Below the pieces are notes generated by a model, which ran no database searches, was not told the DNA's origin, and saw nothing but the letters and a program-made list of their open reading frames with translations. A stretch of DNA of 64,000 bases from Bacteroidales bacterium (GTDB lineage Bacteria > Bacteroidota > Bacteroidia > Bacteroidales > UBA12077). Made by a program: the position numbers and the translations under genes. Where the stretch lies: the NCBI GenBank assembly GCA_019038645.1, contig JAHOYT010000054.1:4365-68364 (forward strand), given 5' to 3'. Shown one piece after another: positions 29,701 through 38,589 of the stretch. How positions within the stretch are numbered: the stretch's first letter is position 1; each line of letters opens with the position of its first letter.

Positions 29701-32700
29701 TGCAAGATCCTCCTGTAAAAACATATACGAATACTTCAGGAGCAACTCAGGTTCGCAATATGCAACTCACTGTTACCGGAACAGCTGGTTGTAGCACATC
29801 TAAAATTACACCTATAACTGTTTATTCATCTGTAGATTTAACATTTATTCCATTAAATCAAACCGGTTGTGATTCCTTTGAGATTGACTTCAATTCAACC
29901 ATTAATCCGATTATAGCAGGAACAACTTATCAATGGGATTTTGGTGATGGAACTTCATCAGGTATAGATGACCCAACACATATTTACAGGAATTTAACAA
30001 ACGCAAATGCAGTAGTATATCCTGTTAATATTGCAGTTCAAACACCTGACGGTTGTACTGATGCTGAAACAACGAATATAACTGTTAGACCTTACGTTAA
30101 TGCAAAATTCACAGTTGACAAGGTGGCAGACTGTTCACCTTTAACCCTGGACGCAGTTGCAACAGAATATATAGGTATTCCTGTTGGTAATTATGCGTGG
30201 ACATATGGTGATGGGTATAATCCGACAGTATCTGATCCTCCTGCACATACGTATCCTGCTAATCCTCCAGGGGCAAATGATATTTATACACTTAGATTAG
30301 ATGTATCTGATCCAAGTGGAATTTGCACTGATTTTATTACACAAACAATAACAGTTTACGATGAAGCACTGGCCGATTTTGATCCAAAAAATTCAACAGA
30401 TTGTAATCCGTATGTTTTAACTTTCGATAATGTATCACTAAATGCAGCAATAAATAAGTGGGATTTTGATGATGGAGGTACAACTTCATCTGACTTTGAA
30501 CCTACATATACTTTTACAAATGATGCTGTTGTTACAAAAACGTATGATGTTGAATTAGAGGTTACTTCGGATGAAGGATGTACTGATGTTACAACCTCAC
30601 CTGTGAATGTTTATCCTCTCGTAATAGCTGATTTTGACATTGATATTTCCGAAGGTTGTTCTCCGGTTATTGTAACTATTTCTAATAATTCGTCCGGTGG
30701 TAATTATAGATGGTTTTGGACTGATGATGATCTAACTGCTGCTGCGGACTTCACAACAAATACTTCACCAGATTCATTTACTCATACTTATACCAATTCA
30801 TCCGGGATTACAGATATTAATAACCTAACCGTAATTGCAGATAATGGAAATGGTTGTTTTGATACATTGCAAAGAGCAGTTACAGTACATACAACAATTG
30901 ACGCTCAGTTTACTGTCAATCCTGTTAGCGAGGAAGGATGTAATCCTTTAACAGTTGATTTTACAAATACAACATTTAACGGGGATACTTATAATTGGTC
31001 ATTTGGTGATGGATCATCAACAACAATAACTTCTCCAACAAATGAATTTATTAATACAACTACCAGCGATAAAACATTCAATGTGAGAATGGATGCTGAA
31101 TCTGTAAATGGTTGTACAGATTTTGCAGAAACTGTAATTACAGTTTATTCGAAGGTAATTTCTGGTTTTTCTATTGAAACGAGTGAAGGATGCCCTCCTT
31201 TTTATACATCAATTGATAATACTTCAGTAGGGAATGCAGCAAATACATACCAATGGTTAATTGACAATGTTCCGGTTGGTGGTTCACCTGTAGATTTATC
31301 AGATTTTGACCATACTTATGAAAATACTGTAACTTTCACACGCGATTATGAAGTTAAGTTAATTGCAACAAATCCACATGGATGTACATCTGAACATACA
31401 GATATCGTTACTGTATATGAATATATTGAAGCATCATATAGTATGGATATTGATAATGGTTGTAGTCCTCTTGACATTGAATTTACAGATTTATCTTCGG
31501 TGCCGGCCTCAACTAAGTATATATGGGGTTTTGGTGATGGAGCTTCTTCGGGTTTATCCGACCCCACACATACATTTTATAATTCAAGCCGAACAGCAGA
31601 TTTAACATATACAGTTGATCTGACAGTACAATCACCAAATTATTGTGCTGATGATACAAGCATGGAAGTAGATGTTTATCACCAGCCATTATCGAAGTTC
31701 TTTATTGATAATACTTCTTCTTGTCCACCTTTATTATCTACCCTGATAAAACAATCAGAAGGAGAAGATATGTTTGAATGGCGTTTTGATGACGGTAACC
31801 CAAATAATACAACAGATGCAAATTTAACGTATTCATGGCCAAACACAGACGTTGATGTTATTCAAACCTACAATTTAGAACTTTGGGTGGGAACTTTTAA
31901 TAATTGTAAAGATAGTGTCTCATTAGATTTGAATGTATTCCCTTTAGTAGATGCTGATTTTACTATTGATAATAATGAAGGTTGTAGTCCGTTAGAAGAT
32001 GTGAATTTTACGAATGAATCCACATCACCCGCAACACAGTTTTTCTGGAGTTTTGGAGATGGTTCAACTACCAACATGGAAAATCCGGCACATGATTTTG
32101 CGAATATAGGAATTACTGATAGAACATATGATGTGTTTTTTAGAGCATCATCGGAATATAATTGCTGGGATACAATAACAAAGCAAGTTACGGTTTATGT
32201 GCAACCGAATGCAGAGTTTTATGTCGATCCGGTATTATTAACATTCCCTGACAATATAGTAGGTGTTGATAATAAGACGAATAGTGGTCCGTTTGATTAT
32301 CTGTGGAAGTTTGGAGATATTGATAATACTGAATCCGATGCGGAAGAACCAGGTTCTTTTGAATATGAACATTGGGGAGAGAAAATAATTGAATTAACTG
32401 CAATTAGTCAAACTAATATTGATTGTAATGATTATTATGCTGACACGATAACTATTATACCTCCTGAAGTAAATGCAGACTTTACAAGCAATATTAATGA
32501 AGGCTGTTTAGCAGATGGTTTAGAAGTGCAGTTTACAGCTGCTGGTTCTGCTTACTCTGAAGATTATAGCTATTCATGGGAGTTTGGAGATGGAAAAACC
32601 GGTACGGGACAATATATTAATCATATTTATGAAGAAGCAGGTATTTATTATGTAAAAATGACTGCTTCAAGTACTGAGGGAATGGGAGAAGATTATGAAT

Positions 32701-33269
32701 ATAAAACCATTCAGGTATACTCAAACCCAACAGCTAACTTTGAGGTGTCTCCGGCTCTTGTCATGTTAAATATTGATCTTGAAGCAAGAGTAGAATTTTT
32801 TAATTTATCTGAGTGTAGCGACACTTCGGGCTGTTCATATGTTTGGGACTTTGGGGATGGAAGTACTGGCATATCAAGAGATGTAACACATCAATATACT
32901 GAGTTAGGTATATATGATATTGGTTTAACCGTAACATCTTTTAATAATTGCGTAGATTCATTATTCAAACCAGGAGCGGTTGAGGTAATCGGAGCAGGTC
33001 AAATTTCATTTCCAAATGCCTTTACTCCAAATGGTGATGGATTGAATGATGTTTTCAGGCCGGTATCCGAAGGAGTTATAAAATATGAATTGCTGGTATA
33101 TACCAGATGGGGTGAATTAATTTTTACCACAAAAGATTTAAGTGCAGGTTGGGATGGCAAGATACAAGGTGAATATGCAAAACCTGAAGTATATGTGTGG
33201 AAAGCAGAGGGTAAATTTACAAATGGCAGAGCGTTTGAACTGGCAGGTGATATAACATTAATAAAATAA
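26724..33269 (+). CDS. Large PKD-repeat protein with IgGFc-binding-like N-terminus and T9SS type-B (gliding-motility-associated) CTD
   Basis: Signal peptide, DREFWF N-terminus, many GCSPL...W(D/S)FGDG PKD repeats, C-terminal FPNAFTPNGDGLND...RWG...WDG...G.ITLIK. Confidence 0.92.
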   Translation: MKKLLIFISLLFFTINLFAQTDREFWFAAPEVTWRHDNGRFYPEWGTTYAGGEPILLRVVTNTLPANVTIEQPANSVNFPTINLSIAANSTQTVNLTDLGMQAEVENTYDNANGIMDKGIHIFSDNLITVYYEVRTRNNCDIFALKGQNGLGSDFYVPFQDIGRNQRDSWATDKAYSAINIVAIEDNTIITVLPSQAVLRDMGANMVHPAGVPFDVVLNKGQTYSLPPAWDAAWNWFGREKNQHIGGTYLHVHDDKKIAVTISDDSVREDLASVDWGCYDLIGDQMVHLGVLGKEYIAMRGQLNTDLENIFMVATENNTRIWVEGNDTLNPPDAIIDAGEQFMYTFVVASPDFLHMISNKKLSVLHVSGFGCEMGGAVLPPTDKCTGSTQVGFTRSTDEGFYLNIMVWNGAEDGFYIDGVLQDGSAGTLFDDTDFLPVTGTADWLVYRSLNLNTATIPLNAQTLITNNKDVFHLGIINGGTNSGCRFGYFSDFNELAVSAEATGSQSSSIRACSYEQIQLYAAGGTNFNWWPAEYLNDPSIAEPIADPPAGSTTLFEVEVSGACGLTDTANVTVKKFPNLDAQFSVDKGNGCSPLEIEMNETSTQIYERYWDFNYSGIGGILDRDTVLFTDNTNYDTDTTFTHFFINTTNEADPDSIENYEIRLLVKNTNDCVDTAYGSIIVYPEVTADFTLTDLNDTIGCSPLLVGYVDNSNNEDFYYWKFGDGVSSTVQNPIHEFINILNSDTVYNTELIVRSIHFCRDTLNMDITLHPYLEAGFTIDVYEGCSPLDVTVTTNNVFEDSVVLVYGDGDTLKAPTLGSVVHTYSNTGTSVDTNAIELHVFNDEGCEKIWYDTVIVFPEFTADYNIDVPSYSGCNSQLFNFTNATTTSLHAASEFLWSFGDGSNSNVENPPPHLYDNTSSADKVYNFTLHAESQYGCFDDTTDQIIIYRAYADFTVDADEGCSPLDVTISNISEGNQITTWAWDFDDATNSALQDPPVKTYTNTSGATQVRNMQLTVTGTAGCSTSKITPITVYSSVDLTFIPLNQTGCDSFEIDFNSTINPIIAGTTYQWDFGDGTSSGIDDPTHIYRNLTNANAVVYPVNIAVQTPDGCTDAETTNITVRPYVNAKFTVDKVADCSPLTLDAVATEYIGIPVGNYAWTYGDGYNPTVSDPPAHTYPANPPGANDIYTLRLDVSDPSGICTDFITQTITVYDEALADFDPKNSTDCNPYVLTFDNVSLNAAINKWDFDDGGTTSSDFEPTYTFTNDAVVTKTYDVELEVTSDEGCTDVTTSPVNVYPLVIADFDIDISEGCSPVIVTISNNSSGGNYRWFWTDDDLTAAADFTTNTSPDSFTHTYTNSSGITDINNLTVIADNGNGCFDTLQRAVTVHTTIDAQFTVNPVSEEGCNPLTVDFTNTTFNGDTYNWSFGDGSSTTITSPTNEFINTTTSDKTFNVRMDAESVNGCTDFAETVITVYSKVISGFSIETSEGCPPFYTSIDNTSVGNAANTYQWLIDNVPVGGSPVDLSDFDHTYENTVTFTRDYEVKLIATNPHGCTSEHTDIVTVYEYIEASYSMDIDNGCSPLDIEFTDLSSVPASTKYIWGFGDGASSGLSDPTHTFYNSSRTADLTYTVDLTVQSPNYCADDTSMEVDVYHQPLSKFFIDNTSSCPPLLSTLIKQSEGEDMFEWRFDDGNPNNTTDANLTYSWPNTDVDVIQTYNLELWVGTFNNCKDSVSLDLNVFPLVDADFTIDNNEGCSPLEDVNFTNESTSPATQFFWSFGDGSTTNMENPAHDFANIGITDRTYDVFFRASSEYNCWDTITKQVTVYVQPNAEFYVDPVLLTFPDNIVGVDNKTNSGPFDYLWKFGDIDNTESDAEEPGSFEYEHWGEKIIELTAISQTNIDCNDYYADTITIIPPEVNADFTSNINEGCLADGLEVQFTAAGSAYSEDYSYSWEFGDGKTGTGQYINHIYEEAGIYYVKMTASSTEGMGEDYEYKTIQVYSNPTANFEVSPALVMLNIDLEARVEFFNLSECSDTSGCSYVWDFGDGSTGISRDVTHQYTELGIYDIGLTVTSFNNCVDSLFKPGAVEVIGAGQISFPNAFTPNGDGLNDVFRPVSEGVIKYELLVYTRWGELIFTTKDLSAGWDGKIQGEYAKPEVYVWKAEGKFTNGRAFELAGDITLIK

Positions 33270-33445
33270 GAATCACTTAACATGTCAGGTATCTCAAAAT
33301 GATAATAAATAAAATAAAGATTTGTTAAACAATGTTAATAAGTAATTTATTGTAAGATTTGAAAATATTTATAAATTTACAATTAAGAACGTAATAGTGC
33401 GTTGTATGTGTAATGAAATTGCTATAATAAAGGAAAATAAAAATT

Positions 33446-34432
33446 GTGAAACGATTATATATACTATTCATTTTAATAGGTTTAATAATTTTTAAAACTG
33501 GTTTATCGCAGGATTCTCAGTTTTCACAATTTTATGCAAGCCCGCTTTATTTAGCCCCTTCGTTTGCAGGGTCAACTGATGGTGACCGTATTTCAATAAA
33601 TTATCGTAATCAATGGCCCTCTTTAACTAAATCGTTTCAAACTTATTCGCTTGGTTATGACCATTATTTTCCACATTTGAATAGTGGAGTCGGGCTTTTA
33701 ATGTACAGAGAACAAGCCGGGGCCAGTAGCCTGTCTACAACAAATATTGGTTTAGTTTATTCGTATAAATTCAGTTTTAGAAGTGGCTGGAGAGTAAGCC
33801 CAGGATTGAGTTTTTTTTATACACAACGAAATGTTGATTTTGGAAGCTTACTTTTTGAAGATGAAATCCGAAGTGATATAACCACAGGTACCGGCGAGCA
33901 GCAGATTCTTGAGAAGAAAGCAGATATTGACGCATCATTTTCGGTGTTAACTTATAATAAAAATTATTGGGTTGGATTTACCTGGGATAGAATATTAAAG
34001 CCAAATCGTTCTTTAACGGGTGATGTGATTGAGGATCCTTTCAAGTTTTCTATATACGGAGGAACGAAATTTACAATTTTTGACAGGTATAACTGGGCAA
34101 GCGGACAAAGTTTATCACCTTCTTTTCTTTTTAAAATGCAGGATACTTATTCTCAGCTTGATATTGGATTATACTGGTATCAGATTCCTCTTGTTATTGG
34201 TTTATGGTATAGAGGGATACCGGTTTTTAAAGAGCTTGCCAGTAATGATGCTTTAACTCTTTTATTAGGTTTTAAAATAGATCAGGTTAGTGTTGGATAT
34301 AGCTATGATGTAACTATCTCAAAGCTTGCAGGATTTACTGGTGGCACTCATGAAATTTCTTTGAACTACATGTTTAACCAGGGTATTACTAAAAGAGAAA
34401 AAAGAAAAGGTATTCCTTGTCCTACTTTCTGA
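33446..34432 (+). CDS. PorP/SprF-family T9SS membrane protein
   Basis: QDSQFSQFY..P.YL.P..AG, NYRNQW, GYSYD, GTHEISL, CPTF end; follows a type-B CTD gene. Confidence 0.93.
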   Translation: MKRLYILFILIGLIIFKTGLSQDSQFSQFYASPLYLAPSFAGSTDGDRISINYRNQWPSLTKSFQTYSLGYDHYFPHLNSGVGLLMYREQAGASSLSTTNIGLVYSYKFSFRSGWRVSPGLSFFYTQRNVDFGSLLFEDEIRSDITTGTGEQQILEKKADIDASFSVLTYNKNYWVGFTWDRILKPNRSLTGDVIEDPFKFSIYGGTKFTIFDRYNWASGQSLSPSFLFKMQDTYSQLDIGLYWYQIPLVIGLWYRGIPVFKELASNDALTLLLGFKIDQVSVGYSYDVTISKLAGFTGGTHEISLNYMFNQGITKREKRKGIPCPTF

Positions 34433-34521
34433 TAAAAAATCCCAAAATTCTTTTTGGAGTGTATTATATTCAATTATATTTGCTTTGTTAAAATAACGAA
34501 TAAAAATTAAATTAATTAATT

Positions 34522-35127
34522 ATGAAAAAACTTTCTCTTTGGTTAAATATAGTTTTAATCATTGCTGTTGCGGTAATCTATTTTTTACATTTTTCAGGAA
34601 ACAAAACTGCTAAGGTAGAAGTGAATGAGGATGGAACAGAATTGGTAATTGACAGAGATTACGCAATTGCATACGTGAATATTGATACATTGGTGAGAAA
34701 TTATGATTTATTTATTGATAAGAGTGGTGAGTTAACTCAAAAGAAAAATGAATCAGAAGCAGAATTGCAAATTCAGTCGAGAAAATTTGAAAAGGAAGTT
34801 CGGGACTATCAGGATAAAGTTAATAAGGGTCTAATTACCAGAACAAAAGCTCAAATGTTGCAACAGGAACTTGCTCAAAAAGAGCAGCAATTATATGCAA
34901 CAAGAGATAACTTGGCAATGCAATTACAAGAAGAAGAGCAGGTAATGTATCGACAGGTACTAAATGAAGTTATGTCCTATCTTGAAGAGTATAATAAGGA
35001 TTATAATTACAAATTTATTTTTAGCAATTCATTCGGAGGACAGCTTTTATATACTGATAAAAGCCTGAATATTACAAGTGACGTACTTGTAGGTTTGAAT
35101 GAAAAGTACGGTAAATCAAAGGAGTAA
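34522..35127 (+). CDS. OmpH/Skp-family periplasmic chaperone
   Basis: IAYVNIDTL, long coiled coil, NITSDVLVGLN. Confidence 0.88.
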   Translation: MKKLSLWLNIVLIIAVAVIYFLHFSGNKTAKVEVNEDGTELVIDRDYAIAYVNIDTLVRNYDLFIDKSGELTQKKNESEAELQIQSRKFEKEVRDYQDKVNKGLITRTKAQMLQQELAQKEQQLYATRDNLAMQLQEEEQVMYRQVLNEVMSYLEEYNKDYNYKFIFSNSFGGQLLYTDKSLNITSDVLVGLNEKYGKSKE

Positions 35128-35139
35128 AAGTACTATAAA

Positions 35140-36405
35140 ATGGGATTTGCAGATTTTTACTTTGAAAGACAAAAGGAATTTCAGGTGAAAATTGATGATA
35201 CTCCTAACAGTGATCTTAAATATATTGTAGTTATTCCATGTTATTATGAGTTTGAAATAATCACAACACTCAACTCAATCAGGAATAGCAATAGACCAAA
35301 ATCTTCTGTAGAAATATTAATAGTAATTAATTCATCTGAAGATTCCGATCAGAGGGTTTTAGATCAAAATAAGAAAACATATAGCGAAGTGAATAATTGG
35401 ATTGCACTGCATGATGATTCTTCACTTCGTTTTTTTGTTATTAACGATGAAAACCTTCCCCGAAAATTTGCAGGAGCTGGATTAGCCAGAAAAACAGGGA
35501 TGGATCAGGCCGTGTATCGGTTTAACCAAATAAATCAGGAGCGGGGCGTTATCATTTCGCTTGATGCCGATGCTGTTATAAAAGAGAATTATTTTACTGA
35601 GTTGGAAAAACACTTTAACCGGTTTCCGAAAACAAATGTTGCAACAATTTATTTTGAACATCCGATTGAAGGCAATGAGTATGACAATGAAACATATGAT
35701 GCTATTACAACATATGAACTGTATTTAAGGTATTACAAACAGGTTTTAAAATATTCTGGTTTTCCGTATTCGTTTTATACAGTTGGTTCATGTTTTAGTG
35801 TTAATGCGAAAGCATATGTAAAGCAGGGGGGAATGAATAAAAAACAAGCCGGAGAAGATTTCTACTTTTTACATAAAATTTTCCCACTTAGTCACAATCA
35901 CGAAATCAATACAACTTGTGTTTATCCATCGCCAAGACCTTCGGACAGAGTCCCATTTGGAACCGGACCAATGGTTAAATCAATAATTGAAGCTGGAGAA
36001 GAAGTTTTTTTAACTTATAATCTCGATTCTTTTTTTGAATTAAGAAGTTTTTTTGAGCGCATAAATGATTTATTTAAAATATCATCAGAAGAACTTGATA
36101 GACTTATGGATAAATTGCCTGTTTGTATAACTGAATTTTTAAAACAAAATGAAATAAGTGTAGCTATTAAAGAAATTAACGGGAACAGTACTACTCTTAT
36201 AACATTCACAAAACGTTTCTTTGATTGGTTTAATGCTTTTAGGGTATTGAAATTCCTTAATTTTGCGCATGAAAAATACTATCAGAAACAGTCTTTGTTA
36301 AACGAAGTGGAAAAACTTTTGGTTTTTTTATCAATTAAGGAGTCAAAAAAGAAAACTAATAAAATTTATTTAGAGATTTTCAGGAAACTGGAAAGACGGT
36401 ATTAA
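35140..36405 (+). CDS. Glycosyltransferase family 2-like protein
   Basis: VVIPCYYE, GAGLARK.GMD, SLDAD (DxD), GEDFYFL, SDRVPFGTG. Confidence 0.85.
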   Translation: MGFADFYFERQKEFQVKIDDTPNSDLKYIVVIPCYYEFEIITTLNSIRNSNRPKSSVEILIVINSSEDSDQRVLDQNKKTYSEVNNWIALHDDSSLRFFVINDENLPRKFAGAGLARKTGMDQAVYRFNQINQERGVIISLDADAVIKENYFTELEKHFNRFPKTNVATIYFEHPIEGNEYDNETYDAITTYELYLRYYKQVLKYSGFPYSFYTVGSCFSVNAKAYVKQGGMNKKQAGEDFYFLHKIFPLSHNHEINTTCVYPSPRPSDRVPFGTGPMVKSIIEAGEEVFLTYNLDSFFELRSFFERINDLFKISSEELDRLMDKLPVCITEFLKQNEISVAIKEINGNSTTLITFTKRFFDWFNAFRVLKFLNFAHEKYYQKQSLLNEVEKLLVFLSIKESKKKTNKIYLEIFRKLERRY

Positions 36406-36713
36406 TCTTCTTCAACAATAACAAAAATATCTTCATTATCTTTTTTCATAAGGTATTGTTCGCGTGCAAATTTCTCAAGATTTTTATTATTGGTTTTTAA
36501 TTGCTGTAAACGTTTAGAATCTTTATCAATTCGCTCAATATAGTACTTCTTATCTTTTTCTAATTGACGAAGATGTCTTAACTCTCTTGCTCTGTCCAGC
36601 AGGTTGTTCCTGTCGAAAAAGAAAAGCCATATAATGAAAATGAGTATTGTAAGAATAAATTTATTCTTAGCAAAAGGAAGTATTTTCTTCCATATTTTAA
36701 GTGCAGTACTCAT
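36402..36713 (-). CDS. Septum formation initiator (FtsB/DivIC family)
   Basis: One TM segment, coiled coil, LEKFAREQYLMKKDNED. Confidence 0.9.
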   Translation of the reverse strand: MSTALKIWKKILPFAKNKFILTILIFIIWLFFFDRNNLLDRARELRHLRQLEKDKKYYIERIDKDSKRLQQLKTNNKNLEKFAREQYLMKKDNEDIFVIVEED

Positions 36714-36824
36714 GCTACAATATTAAGAGAAAATAGATCTTACACAAAAGATTTTAATGGGAAAGTATTAACAATAATTAGTAAAAAGTTTAGATTTAAT
36801 AGTTAAAAGTTTTAAAATGTGAAT

Positions 36825-36859
36825 AACTCCGAACTTTAAACTCGAAACTCAGAACTATT
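36825..36859. repeat. Heptamer tandem repeat AACTNNN x5
   Basis: AACTCCG AACTTTA AACTCGA AACTCAG AACTATT. Confidence 0.65.
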
Positions 36860-36861
36860 GT

Positions 36862-37065
36862 TTATCCTCCGCTTACCAGATGAAGCACTATTACATTATC
36901 TCCCTCATTGATTTCAAAAATATCGTAAGCATCTTTTTTAATCAACTTGCTATTAACTTTTATAACCAACATTTTAAAAGTGTAGTTCTTAATTTGAAGA
37001 ATTTCAGAGATAGTTATTTTTTCTCTATCAAAAGATTCCTGCCGGTTATTTAGTATGATTTCCAT
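36862..37065 (-). CDS. thiS: ThiS/MoaD-family sulfur carrier protein
   Basis: 67-aa ubiquitin-like protein ending in GG. Confidence 0.9.
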   Translation of the reverse strand: MEIILNNRQESFDREKITISEILQIKNYTFKMLVIKVNSKLIKKDAYDIFEINEGDNVIVLHLVSGG

Positions 37066-37649
37066 TATTTCTTACTTAACAAAATTTCTAAAACAGTATT
37101 CGCCTGCATATTTGCCACTATCCCAACTCTTGGTGCCAATGGTGGATTATTATCAGCAATTTCTGATTTTTCATCGCCGCAAATATATAAATTTTCGTTT
37201 TGTCTGAATTTTATAGCGTTATTTTTTCCCCAACCAGCCATGCCAGAGCCAATAATAACTGGTATTTCAGGTAATTCTGATAAACATGTTTCAATCAACA
37301 TCTTTTTCATTTCTGCTAAATCGAATGCTTCTACAATAATGTCACAATCTTTATAAATCTCAACAATGTTATTCTCATTAAGTTTAATATTATTGTCAAT
37401 AACATTAATTTCAGGATTTATTCTTTTAATATTTTCTTTTAATGCATCCACTTTTCTAAGACCGATCTGATCTTTAAAGAAATACTGGCGATTAAGATTC
37501 GATTCATACACAATATCAAAATCAGAAATAATGATTTTACCAATTCCAACTCTTGCCAGAGCCACAGCACAATTCGAACCTAATCCTCCTGCTCCTGCAA
37601 TACCAATGGTGTAATTTTTAAGTTTTGTTTTTATTTCTTCGAAAGTCAT
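37065..37649 (-). CDS. thiF: Sulfur-carrier adenylyltransferase ThiF (short form lacking Zn-binding CxxC)
   Basis: GAGGLGS, DFD.V..SNLNRQ, EAFD, GSGMAG, APRVG. Confidence 0.9.
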   Translation of the reverse strand: MTFEEIKTKLKNYTIGIAGAGGLGSNCAVALARVGIGKIIISDFDIVYESNLNRQYFFKDQIGLRKVDALKENIKRINPEINVIDNNIKLNENNIVEIYKDCDIIVEAFDLAEMKKMLIETCLSELPEIPVIIGSGMAGWGKNNAIKFRQNENLYICGDEKSEIADNNPPLAPRVGIVANMQANTVLEILLSKK

Positions 37650-37652
37650 AAT

Positions 37653-38351
37653 TTATGGTTTTAAAAAGACCTTACTCATAAATGATAAAAACTGTTTTGT
37701 GCCTCCTCCTTTCTTAATAATTTTCAATGTATTTTCATCATTGGGTTCAAAGACGGAACCAAAAAGTAATTTAATATTACGATACTGAAACATTTCGCCA
37801 TTAAGTATTGTTGACGGACCCAAAGTGTAAATATCGCAATTATCTCTGGTTGCATTAACCAAATCTAAGAATGTTTTATTAAAAACTGAAGTTGAGGAAA
37901 GAATCAAGGCATCAGCCTTTTCAATTTCGATTAACTGTTCTGACATATTAGTTAACTTATTATCTTCTTCAGCTTTATCAAATATTTTTAAATCTATTTT
38001 TTCATTTTCGAATTTTTCAACCAACGATCGAAAAAACCCAATCATTACAATTTTATTATATTTTTTAAAATCGATTTTGTTAAAAATATCTATGGTTGTA
38101 TCATATTGATTATCATAATTATAAGTGGCATTAAAATACGCATTTAAAACAATCCTGTGCTGAATATTTTTTAAATCAGGAATCTTTAAATCCCGGATAT
38201 CAACTTTTATATAATTATCGAGTGTAGCACAAACACCAATATTTCCATTCTTTAGAATAACTGCTACATATTTTGCTCCACAAACAATATTCTGGATGTT
38301 ATTAATGTCGGTTCCGTATTTTTCGAAAAAGTATTCTAAGGGTTCTTGCAT
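37653..38351 (-). CDS. DUF364/Rossmann-like domain protein
   Basis: GVCATL, A..NA, VMIGFF, SSTSVFNKT, LGPST pattern typical of DUF364. Confidence 0.72.
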   Translation of the reverse strand: MQEPLEYFFEKYGTDINNIQNIVCGAKYVAVILKNGNIGVCATLDNYIKVDIRDLKIPDLKNIQHRIVLNAYFNATYNYDNQYDTTIDIFNKIDFKKYNKIVMIGFFRSLVEKFENEKIDLKIFDKAEEDNKLTNMSEQLIEIEKADALILSSTSVFNKTFLDLVNATRDNCDIYTLGPSTILNGEMFQYRNIKLLFGSVFEPNDENTLKIIKKGGGTKQFLSFMSKVFLKP

Positions 38352-38476
38352 ATTTTTAAATCTTGAATGCTAAAATATTTAACAAATTTACAATTAATTC
38401 TTTCAAATAATTAATATAATTTGGAATGCTAATATGTTCATATACAAACCAGTAATTGTATTTCTAAATTCATTCC

Positions 38477-38500
38477 CGATATGCACAATATAACATATTG
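38477..38500. promoter_or_regulatory. ModE-like operator between aor and the DUF364-thiF-thiS operon
   Basis: CGATATGC-N8-ACATATTG, same architecture as 12618-12641. Confidence 0.7.
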
Positions 38501-38511
38501 ATTTAAGTCAT
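38498..38511. promoter_or_regulatory. CRP/FNR-like site upstream of aor
   Basis: TTGAT-TTAA-GTCAT versus TTGAT-N4-ATCAA; -7 box TAATTTTG at 38542-38549. Confidence 0.4.
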
Positions 38512-38589
38512 ATTATACTTTCAATGCAAACTATAATTTTATAATTTTGAAAGGCTAAAATTTAAAATAAACTTTAAGGAAAAATAGAT

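Noticed and set aside
24058-33283. Small ORFs inside the two T9SS genes, and similar ones inside the RND, NtrC and FDH genes
   Set aside because: Antisense or off-frame shadows with no independent evidence.
36862-37649. Thiamine biosynthesis operon
   Set aside because: No thiG/H/E/C or TPP riboswitch nearby; context points to pterin-cofactor sulfur transfer. Gene symbols reflect family only.
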